Shown: positions 12,401 through 18,418 of the stretch, in pieces | How positions within the stretch are numbered: position 1 is the stretch's first letter | Layout: each line of letters starts with the position of its first letter | Assembly: GCA_963836185.1 (NCBI GenBank) | Contig: CAWIIQ010000001.1 | Span: forward strand, 1,280,001 to 1,344,000 | Source: Candidatus Krumholzibacteriia bacterium | GTDB lineage: Bacteria; Krumholzibacteriota; Krumholzibacteriia; Krumholzibacteriales; Krumholzibacteriaceae | DNA: 64,000 bases | Direction of reading: 5' to 3' | The notes under the pieces: model-generated | The model's input: only the letters and a program-made list of their open reading frames with translations | Databases searched by the model: none | Told to the model about the DNA's origin: nothing | Program-made: the position numbers and the translations under genes

Positions 12401-15400
12401 GATATTCAGCGATGACCCTGATCACGCGACAATTATCCTCGACAGGGATAGGACAGTTGTGTGGTTCGGCGACGCGGACGGCGACACATTCCGGACCGAC
12501 CTCTCGGCTGTTTCTCCCGTGACGTTGGCTGGTGGATCGGACACTACCCTGACATTCAACAGCGCACCGGTCTCCGTGGATCTCGAGAGGATCGCCTACA
12601 TCGTCGGTATCCATCTCGAAGGAACGGAGAACGGGAATCCGTTCACTGCCGATATAACGACATCACCCGATACGATCGAAATCGAAGAAGCATCCCAGCT
12701 CGCCATAAGCAGCATAGTGGTGCCACAGAGTGTCACAGCGATCGAACAGCCTGACTGGGAAGTCCGCATGATCATCCGGAACACCGGCGAGGCTTCCGTG
12801 AGGCTGGTGCTTGATTCCGATTTAACCGATATCTCCTTCACGATGGCGGGAGTCGGAGACAGGACATACGAATACGAACCTATCGTCCGGCCGATGGAGC
12901 TTTCCGGCCTCGGCGGTGTTGTACTGCCCGGTGGGCAGACCGATACCCTCGTCTTCGGGATTACGACTACCGGGAGCACGACAGGGACAGCGTTAGTCAA
13001 CGGAATTGTCACGGCAGTTGACATCAACAGCAGCGAGATACTCACGGACGATACGTATACCGGCGGCGGCAGCTACATGGCCATTCAGTCCCCTGCGGCC
13101 CCAGTAGTGCTCGAAACTATCGCGAGCCAGGATTCGGTCACATCCGGTCAGACGACGCCGTGGAACGTGACCGTGCTGGTAAGGAACGACGGAGAGGCTG
13201 CGATGACTCTTCAGCCCGGTATCACGTCAATATATGCCTCTCCATACACCCTGACCGTACCGGTGCCTCCTGCCTCATTTGTCGAGGGCGGGACCGTGCT
13301 GGCAGCGGGCGAGGAAGGGCACCTCGCGTTCGGGATAACGCCGACGCCGTCGGTACCGGCAGGAGACGACCTGACCATCAATACCATTGCCATCTTCTCT
13401 GAAGACAACAGCGGCATTTCCCGTATGTTCGATACCGGAGCGGAGGGAAGCGGTTATGGCAGCGTCAGGGTCCAGGCTCCAGCCGATATTCATATAGTCG
13501 CTCTGACCGGTAACGCGCCGAGACAGCCATTCGTGAATATGGATCAGAGCTTCCCGCTCGCCGTTGAGATCATCAACTCCGGTGAAGCGGCGGCAGAGCT
13601 CGTCAGCACAGATCTTACGGGTGACGGTACGTCGATCATCCTCAATTCCCCCGTGACTTTCGGAACGATCGCGGGGGGAGAGACCCTCATAGATACCTTC
13701 AGGGTCACCGCCGCTGACGTGGCGGGATCAGAGGACTTCACCTCTTCGATAATCTCCGCGACTGATGTTAACTCTGGACAGGACGATCTTGTTACAGTGT
13801 CGTCGGGAGACGATACGACAGAGACGATGACGATACAGGAACCCGCCGGTCTGGCTGTGACCTCTGTCCAGACATCCCAGGATGAGCTCAATGCCGGCCA
13901 GACAGCCGACTGGACGATACGTCTGAATTTGACCAACAACGGTGATGCGCCGACGACGATCGATGTCCCGTCTCCGGATGACATGGAGTTCCTTGATTCA
14001 GGCAGCGGGTTCCCGCTGAGCGGCTACCTTGTCGTGCCGCCTGTCGATTTCGGCTCGGGCACACCGGGATGGACCCTCGATGGTGGCGAGACAGATTCGC
14101 TGATCTATATCGTATCTACTACCGGCACCGATACAGGCATCGTGGATATCAACGCGGACGTCTCATGGGTAGACGAGAACGATCCGGGGGCAGGGGCGTC
14201 GATATCGAGCGGAAATGCAACTGTACATGTGCACGAACCATCCGGCCTGAGAATAATCTCAGTAACGAGCAACGCGCCGAACAACACCCTTATCCCCAAC
14301 ACGTCTATAGTCAACGAGGGCCAGATTTTCAACGTGACCGTTACGGTAGAGAACACGGGCGGTGACGACCTGAGAGACATAGTCATGTCCATCACGTCCA
14401 ACGGCCCCGCTTCCATAACCGAGACGGTGTCGACGCCCGATCTGCCGAACGAAACCTCTGGAGATTTCGTCTACGAAGTCTATTCTCCGGCTGCGGGCGT
14501 GGAGATACTCACGGCGGAGATCACAGAAGCATACTCGGTCAATACAGGTGAGCCTGTTTCTCCGATCCAGGCCGTCGAGTCAGCCGAGAACCTTCAGGTA
14601 CAGGTCCCTGCCGCGCTGGTGACTTCGACCTACGTGCTTTCACCGGCAGGCGCGGTTGACGATACCGTCTCGACCGATCAGCAGTTCGTGTTCGCGGCCA
14701 TGGTGGAGAACACGGGGCAGGCGGAGATCGACGCCACCGGGCAGATCACGCTTTCTCTGCCCGCTGGATTCACACGGGTAAATCCGGGTACAGAATCGCT
14801 CACGATGTCGTTCGCCGCGGGACAACAGATCACGTGGACGCTCCAGGCACCTGCCGCCGCATCGGTTTCGCCGGAGCCGGTGACCGTTTCGATAACGAGT
14901 ACACCAAATGATATAAATATAGCATCAGCCTCCTTCGTGCAGAAGGACGCCGATACCGTTTCAGTAATGACCGAGGATGCCGCTGTGATAGCCGGCTGCC
15001 TGGCAGTCGTCTCAGACCCCTCTGGAGCCAGAGACCTGGTTCTTTCCTCGAATCAGGATTTCATCGTGACGTTCACCGCCATTCCTTCCGGAAACTCGGG
15101 GTCGAATACAGCTACGATAACGCTGCCGGCGGGATTCACGACGGCCGGCAACCAGACGATCCAGCTCGGAACCGGTGATGGCACCGAGAAGACAGCTGAA
15201 TGGGCAGTCACCGCCCCTGGGTTTATCTCGACGGCAAACGGGATATCTGTCTCGACGGCGGGTACGGATGATAACTCCGGGATCTCCTTCTCCGGGTGTA
15301 CGCACGAAATATACGTGGATATCGTAAGCAGGGCCGTGCTCAACCTCACGGCGATGATTTCGGGTCCTCCCGAGGCCGTTGATGGAAACCTCTCGGTCGG

Positions 15401-16517
15401 GTTGCCTTTCACGATACAGGCCGATGTTACAAACGCTCCCAGTGCGGCCGGGATAGATACGACAGGCGCGAGGCTCGAGATAGTCCTGCCTGACGGCGGA
15501 TCGTATACGCTGGCGGCCGGAGAGACTTACCGCAAGACGTTCTTCCCGGGAACGCCCGTGAACTGGAACATGACCGCGCCGGATGCTGCCGAACCTCCGA
15601 GGATAATTACTGTGCAGTTCGCGTCGCCGCCGGCGACAGACGAGAACACGAACGAGCCTGTCGCCTATCTGACCAGCGAGATTCCGATAGGCGTAACGAC
15701 CGAAGCGGGTACGATAACGATGCAGAACGTATCGAACCTCGATACGATCCCTCCGGTCATCGTACCGAGGGGCGCTTCCGACGTGCCGGTCCTGCGTGTG
15801 GTCTTCAAGAACAATTCAGCGTATACGGCAGGGCTGGATACGCTGTTTGTCAGCGTGGAGGACGGCAATGGAAACCTCAGGAGCGATCCTTCGAGGTATG
15901 TGTCGGCAATATCACTGAGCGCCGGCCTGGATAACTGGAGCGAACCGGTGGGCTCGGTGAATCCCGTGCCGGTGATAGTCGATCACAATTTCACGCTTCT
16001 TGCCGGAGCTTCCGACACGGCCCTCGTCTCGATCGACGTATCAACAGCCGCTCCTGACGGAGAGTTGAGGATCAACCTTGCAGAGAGCAGGGATGTCGTC
16101 TTCTCGATCGGCGATGGGGGGAGCCCGATCGGTGTCGTACGTGATGCCAATGGCGAGGACATCGCGGGATTCTTCTACAATACATCGCTTTCGGTGATGA
16201 GCGCGAACTTCGAGGAGTATGTACATAACTACCCGAACCCGTTCATGGCGGGAAGCGAAGTCACAAAGATAGCCTATTTCCTCACGGAAGATACAGCCGT
16301 GAGCATAAAGATATATGACTACACCGGCGTGCTCGTCTGGACGAAGGACATTCCGGCCGGCGGGCCCGGTGGCTCGGGAGAGCCCGGGGGCACATGGTGG
16401 GAAGCTGACTGGGACGGCCGTAACGGCAGGGGCGAGGTAGTAAGGAATGGAGTTTACATCTGCAAGGTGATGGCCGGCGGCGATTCCGCGATGTTCAAGA
16501 TCGCGGTGGCCAAGTAG
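402..16517 (+). CDS. Giant (5371 aa) secreted Ig-like repeat surface protein/adhesin with invasin/intimin Big_1-like domains and a C-terminal FlgD-Ig/T9SS-like sorting domain
   Basis: Uninterrupted ORF. Signal peptide (basic n-region, h-region LMLAVCLIPGILFS, AYA|Q). Repeated 'ADG.D...TVTVRD..GNPV.G..V.L' Big_1 motifs. T/G/A/V/D-rich and acidic. C-terminus 'VHNYPNPF...KIYDYTG.LV...WDGRNGRGEVVRNGVYI..'. Confidence 0.9.
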   Translation: MSGPINKASSGRPAHKPGKRALKGLMLAVCLIPGILFSTAAYAQPGSGTAAILPATDVAAGSSGTWTVTYQAATNFSTGVVRLTIPAGWTTPQISLSSSAGFVTATSQGALNITPISIAGNNITVNVDTLTAGETVTIVYGAPAGPADAQTLTQSGVEFTVGSNPLGSSPSDLTAGSPTLNVVAAPVSKLVFTTAAQTVKAGGESQVMRVMAFDEFDNPSPVVSAQDVSLSSTSGSGTFSHLPAGSWSATTSVTISAGEDTVSFYYRDTFPGAYNITASADGQSWTDAQQTVTVDPGDAASLVISPADTTITAGEFGRYILRTIDIIGNPSAPAADQTITLIAGGGSFYDKDDHGTTLTELVIPSGSSAAEFDFRHTIKNTGAGYFLVFLDNDGVAPLLQSDNTIVYIDNAAADTSASSIETDAATATADGVAEMAVTVTVRDEFGNPVPGVAVVLSMTGTGNVITQPGAVTDASGVASGSVRSTVAEAKNIRATADGTYLEDIILVTFTAGPLDLAVSTIGAVPLTVPANGTDITTVTVTARDAQGNAVPGAAVVLAATGSGNTITQPAVVTDALGTATGTISSTVAGLKTVSATINGSALTPTVDVDFITGTFSLTESEISGDKSLVTADGSDELTVTVTVRDGEGNPVAGAAVTLEATGTGNTITDPGPVTGVDGIATGTISSTVAEQKVVRALIEGSQMVDTLVVDWEHGPLDLAVSTIGAVPLTVPANGTDITTVTVTARDAQGNAVPGAAVVLAATGSGNTITQPAVVTDALGTATGTISSTVAGLKTVSATINGSALTPTVDVDFITGTFSLTESEISGDKSLVTADGSDELTVTVTVRDGEGNPVAGAAVTLEATGTGNTITDPGPVTGVDGIATGTISSTVAEQKVVRALIEGSQMVDTLVVDWEHGPLDLAVSTIGAVPLTVPANGTDITTVTVTARDAQGNAVPGAAVVLAATGSGNTITQPAVVTDALGTATGTISSTVAGLKTVSATINGSALTPTVDVDFITGTFSLTESEISGDKSLVTADGSDELTVTVTVRDGEGNPVAGAAVTLEATGTGNTITDPGPVTGVDGIATGTISSTVAEQKVVRALIEGSQMVDTLVVDWEHGPLDLAVSTIGAVPLTVPANGTDITTVTVTARDAQGNAVPGAAVVLAATGSGNTITQPAVVTDALGTATGTISSTVAGLKTVSATINGSALTPTVDVDFITGTFSLTESEISGDKSLVTADGSDELTVTVTVRDGEGNPVAGAAVTLEATGTGNTITDPGPVTGVDGIATGTISSTVAEQKVVRALIEGSQMVDTLVVDWEHGPLDLAVSTIGAVPLTVPANGTDITTVTVTARDAQGNAVPGAAVVLAATGSGNTITQPAVVTDALGTATGTISSTVAGLKTVSATINGSALTPTVDVDFITGTFSLTESEISGDKSLVTADGSDELTVTVTVRDGEGNPVAGAAVTLEATGTGNTITDPGPVTGVDGIATGTISSTVAEQKVVRALIEGSQMVDTLVVDWEHGPLDLAVSTIGAVPLTVPANGTDITTVTVTARDAQGNAVPGAAVVLAATGSGNTITQPAVVTDALGTATGTISSTVAGLKTVSATINGSALTPTVDVDFITGTFSLTESEISGDKSLVTADGSDELTVTVTVRDGEGNPVAGAAVTLEATGTGNTITDPGPVTGVDGIATGTISSTVAEQKVVRALIEGSQMVDTLVVDWEHGPLDLAVSTIGAVPLTVPANGTDITTVTVTARDAQGNAVPGAAVVLAATGSGNTITQPAVVTDALGTATGTISSTVAGLKTVSATINGSALTPTVDVDFLTGSFDIALSFMDGDKNEVTADDVDALGVTVMVRDQYDNPVVGAAVTLEATGTANTIVQPVGGTDIDGKADGTISSTFAERKVIRARIGTVQITDTLVVDWVPGPVDLDRSQIFSDVDTVTADGSDNCRITVVVRDANDNPIGGASVNLQADDTGGNNTYFQPVDDSNEFGIAVGWISSTYAEIKTVSATINGFTMSGTRDVAFVAGEPDRFVITHDGSGTAGAPEEISIEIFDANDNTVDWFDDIIRVYTDSPEITDMIDWALGPGASGSISESGDTVSYDFSVADNGRVVLGFRDEKAETVYFTARYGSVIDQSVLSMTIAPAQADSIFIIAGNGQRAVVDQAVAQPLTVGVEDAFGNRVPSHAVRFHVTAGAGMIDVDTSSPPDDQEWTVTDGAGVAVCDSWILGTVSGEGSDEASASIPFGSTDEVFFTATTDHDELASVVLAPAVAGVTVNSNLIVTATMRDQFNNLVVGENLTIFIKDAADGTLSEDTGNANATVPLGPGIRSGSSDSTGTVTVQYNSPAAAGLSDIVDASHAVLTADQIADAVYTSVASGATKLIVTDITGQPSQAGTVFSFRVRAVDSNDNLDPTNTSHIVLVPEAGGGLIFSSDIGLVPAITEIDLINGEYLLYAMGTATGDWNIDVIDSPSSLTDAAFTASITANDNVHHYAITAPAVATAGIDFPVSLEARDEWNNLVTTANYDIDLRAVQPVDTAAAAGAALNITAGAISNGRFSEDNLRYDLAEPIRVEIRDDSTSVVGVSGVVDIGHAPAWQIVEVSGDTTGVAAGSLVLLSMRVLDSFGNPVGGETVSFSILEGGGGLGALQGVTGVDGMTSVSYTTGVIAGTNRVRAAILDGNPEGLETREFVIETVPQGAIAYVLLDITGDTFEAGEEFTVHVTAYDLNNNPITTDNSTRLIPVAQTLSVVFNPDTLQLSSGEASFTATDTVMGTNRIFIEELSGVTRGGSSDLTITAGPAYELVKVSGDTTGVISGDTTEVLVRVADMYGNPVQNETVRFLITSNLGGSPSLIDETGAPGDGLVLSAANGTAACRLVTDTNYGTNNVLTTILDGTPERETATFDVETTAGTIQRYTLVPVGTIHTAGESFDVEITGYDLNDNVAEGDFTTVVDLGSDGTAVWAENPVTLNNGRYTVSVSENAAGPLVLHAETQGGGALSNSETIMIVPELPSGDIWIASINPDTITADGMSQSAIETEPVFDIYGNVVPERTLVTVSTTGGSVASEDLDLTEPGVQRETAQNGVVSVFVRSGITPGDYDVDFASVEGSATGDTVLTFAPPPAVAYADSIYPIYAVPGSDLHFSVRMTNTSPTRVLLGAASKISFSDGIGHEFEAELGSSLSLNRLETADLIFTETTMHPMFEPGTYSPRISLIGTDEYGSAYTAGFDAGANSVSVSSIEISSILPLKTVVSRGDTAIVNVNITNTGGAVVRIQEIDLLFASGSYLALPDSTFPELPDTLPAGLSRTYALKTIVLPNCPLGVDTIDAQVTARVNGYEVTDLTADHNVATWTVQSSALISYEAGTLAPMVVSSGQAHSFTLDLLNSGEAAVILDAGLTTLSFNDGTETYAVALASEGALPGGAVSDLIFPETSIPAGMSAGAWEVTVVLSGTENGGEFDTSFVLSDPVTVVSPAAVSYNTSSLSPSTVSKNSSVAFEVGINNTGGADVFLDPAATTFELDDGATTYIAYLDGARNNLLAPGENTIWFEAVTIPPGFITNSYTPVIELSGTENGLPFAAQPPVSDAVSVQDASQLAINSTEILLTDLFTADQTGFRIAQIRVANNGEAEVRLDSLDVRFYIGGSEVTGEYVLSPLPDVAGIQVPGGADTLVRMMFEDGAGPATTGTVTVESSLWGTDLNSMGELEVTTEYGGKGSFTVQTPSVLAVDHVIASVTEATAGQDRDWVVDVIVRNDGESDLDLNLAATALTFSTSGDFTVIPPAELAGGGITLEGESSDTLSFIVDITGSVSGNCSVNMTANGTEINSARNLGPVSADPADAASVDIQGEALLQVVSVTALQDPVTVGQSNEWSIDMVVINGGGSSVTLDLDSFDSTFVAVDGGIGFAFTRPTEILEGGLSLEAGETGTLRFIVNTTGSVPAGATALSGSIIGTEDNSGSRVYDGITGPVGINSMLFEERPVPQYTLDSLTPTVASTGSDIGIQLGIFSDDPDHATIILDRDRTVVWFGDADGDTFRTDLSAVSPVTLAGGSDTTLTFNSAPVSVDLERIAYIVGIHLEGTENGNPFTADITTSPDTIEIEEASQLAISSIVVPQSVTAIEQPDWEVRMIIRNTGEASVRLVLDSDLTDISFTMAGVGDRTYEYEPIVRPMELSGLGGVVLPGGQTDTLVFGITTTGSTTGTALVNGIVTAVDINSSEILTDDTYTGGGSYMAIQSPAAPVVLETIASQDSVTSGQTTPWNVTVLVRNDGEAAMTLQPGITSIYASPYTLTVPVPPASFVEGGTVLAAGEEGHLAFGITPTPSVPAGDDLTINTIAIFSEDNSGISRMFDTGAEGSGYGSVRVQAPADIHIVALTGNAPRQPFVNMDQSFPLAVEIINSGEAAAELVSTDLTGDGTSIILNSPVTFGTIAGGETLIDTFRVTAADVAGSEDFTSSIISATDVNSGQDDLVTVSSGDDTTETMTIQEPAGLAVTSVQTSQDELNAGQTADWTIRLNLTNNGDAPTTIDVPSPDDMEFLDSGSGFPLSGYLVVPPVDFGSGTPGWTLDGGETDSLIYIVSTTGTDTGIVDINADVSWVDENDPGAGASISSGNATVHVHEPSGLRIISVTSNAPNNTLIPNTSIVNEGQIFNVTVTVENTGGDDLRDIVMSITSNGPASITETVSTPDLPNETSGDFVYEVYSPAAGVEILTAEITEAYSVNTGEPVSPIQAVESAENLQVQVPAALVTSTYVLSPAGAVDDTVSTDQQFVFAAMVENTGQAEIDATGQITLSLPAGFTRVNPGTESLTMSFAAGQQITWTLQAPAAASVSPEPVTVSITSTPNDINIASASFVQKDADTVSVMTEDAAVIAGCLAVVSDPSGARDLVLSSNQDFIVTFTAIPSGNSGSNTATITLPAGFTTAGNQTIQLGTGDGTEKTAEWAVTAPGFISTANGISVSTAGTDDNSGISFSGCTHEIYVDIVSRAVLNLTAMISGPPEAVDGNLSVGLPFTIQADVTNAPSAAGIDTTGARLEIVLPDGGSYTLAAGETYRKTFFPGTPVNWNMTAPDAAEPPRIITVQFASPPATDENTNEPVAYLTSEIPIGVTTEAGTITMQNVSNLDTIPPVIVPRGASDVPVLRVVFKNNSAYTAGLDTLFVSVEDGNGNLRSDPSRYVSAISLSAGLDNWSEPVGSVNPVPVIVDHNFTLLAGASDTALVSIDVSTAAPDGELRINLAESRDVVFSIGDGGSPIGVVRDANGEDIAGFFYNTSLSVMSANFEEYVHNYPNPFMAGSEVTKIAYFLTEDTAVSIKIYDYTGVLVWTKDIPAGGPGGSGEPGGTWWEADWDGRNGRGEVVRNGVYICKVMAGGDSAMFKIAVAK
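1935..5867 (+). repeat. Intragenic tandem repeat, 606-bp unit (202 aa = two ~101-aa Ig domains), 6 full copies plus a 297-bp partial copy
   Basis: Units begin ggtcctctggaccttgcggtatcg at 1935, 2541, 3147, 3753, 4359, 4965 and 5571. Translations are identical, and the antisense shadow ORFs recur identically every 606 bp. Confidence 0.97.
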
Positions 16518-16527
16518 GTGGAAGAGG

Positions 16528-18418
16528 ATGAAGAGAGTACTTGAAATAACACTGATCATCGCTCTCGGACTCTGTCCTGTCGGCGCTGCCGCACAGGATG
16601 GAGGCGGGGGAACGAGATCGGTCTTTACTCTCGGCGCCGGGTCCCGGGCCATCGCCATGGGCGGAGCTTTCTCCGCAGTGGCCAACGACGCATCAGCGCT
16701 CTACTACAATCCCGCCGCGATGAAGATCAACGGCGCGCCAACTTTAATGGCGAACCATATATCGCTCTTCTCCGGATTCACCGATGCGAGCTACGATTAT
16801 CTTGGACTCGTCTGGCCGACACTTGGAGCCGGGGCATTCGGTGCAGGCCTGCTCACGACTGGAACGGGTGGTATCCAGGGGTATGACGAGTTCAGCAGGC
16901 CTACCGGAGAACTCTCGTACAGGGAGAGCCAGGGGATCGTTTCGTACGCGTTCGATGTCCCATGGAGATTTGCGGGCACCTGGTCGTTGGGGACCTCGAT
17001 AAAGGTCCTCCATCAGAAGGTGGGAGAATATTCCGATACGGGGGCGGGACTCGACCTGGGCCTTCTTTACCGCATCAAGTATATCGAAGGACTCGTTTTC
17101 GGCGTGAACCTCCAGGATATCGTCGGAGCGAGGACAAAGCTCGTTTCGGCGAGCGATGAGGTATATCGCACGATGATGTTCGGTCTCGGTTACATAAGAC
17201 CGATCGGTGAGAGTTCCAGGCTGACCCTGGCGGTACAGATGGATATGCCGGAGAAGGCTGACAACGATCTCAGGGTCGGAGCCGAGTACACGATCCGCGA
17301 CATGATCAGCATCAGGATTGGGTTACGATTCTGAGTCATTTACAGCGGGAATCGGATTCACATGGCACGGGTACGCGTTCGACTACGGGTACTTCAGCAG
17401 GGAAGAGGCGGGAAGTTCGCACCCGATCACGCTGTCGGCCAGGCTGGGCAAACCGCTCGAGCAGCAGATCGCCGAGCAGGATGAGGCAAGAAGGATCGAA
17501 GAGGAGAGAATGCTCAACGATCTCTTCGCGGCTCGTATAGCCTCGCACATCGACGCCGCCGACAGTCTCCGTGGAGCGGGCGAACTGGAGAGCGCCCTCG
17601 ACGAGGTCAAGATAGCGCTCGAGTACGATCCGGGCAGTGAGAGGGCGTTGACTCTGCGCGATGAGATCGGAACGGCGATCCTGGCAGCACAGGCGGAGCG
17701 TGCGAAGGACAGCGAGAAAGAGCTTCTGATAAACCAGCATTTCGAACTTGGATTGAGACATTACAACGCCAACGAATATATCCTCGCGAGGGCCGAATGG
17801 AGGAACGTCCTTGAGATCGATCCTGAAAACGTGGAGGCACTCGGCTACCTGCGCCGGACCGAGGAGAAGCTCGACGAGCAACTCCAGTCACACGTTTCCA
17901 CGGCGGCGGAATACGAGAGGACAGGAAGGCTCCCAGAGGCGATAGGTGAGTGGAATATCGTCAGTATGATCGAACCCGATAATGCCGAGGCTGCCGCCGC
18001 GATCGAGCGGATCAAGCTGCGTATTAACAGCATGAGCAGGGATTACAACGAGGCCAATCGCAAGCTCCAGACGATCGATCTCTACGAGAGAGCGCTAACA
18101 GCGTTCAGCGAGGGCAGGTACGAGGACGCGGTCACGCTCTCGCAGCAGGTGCTCCAGCTCGACCCGGCTCATGAAGGGGCGAAAGATCTGATCAATGGGG
18201 CGCAGCGCAGGATGAGACCTCTCAGCGACGAGGAAAATGAAGAGATAAGGACCCTGTATATCCAGGGCATGACATACTTCGGCCAGAAGGAATATGAGAA
18301 GGCGATCGAAATATATTCGAGGATACTTGAGATCAATCCATATAACGAGAGTGTCAGAAAGCAGGTCGAAGAGGCACGGCAGAGATTGAAGAAACTCGAA
18401 TCACCTGAAGGCGGATAA
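16528..18418 (+). CDS. PorV/PorQ (FadL-like, UPF0164-type) outer-membrane barrel fused to a C-terminal TPR region; one apparent frameshift at ~17320
   Basis: Signal peptide and 'GAGSRAIAMGGAFSAVANDASALYYNPA' motif, plus 'GLDLGLLY' and 'VGAEY' strands. Removing one G at att-ggg-ttac joins '...ISIRIG' to 'YDSESFTAGIGF...FDYGY...SHPITLSARLG' (the last barrel strands), followed by TPRs (ALEYDP, VLEIDP, VLQLDP, ILEINP). Confidence 0.8.
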
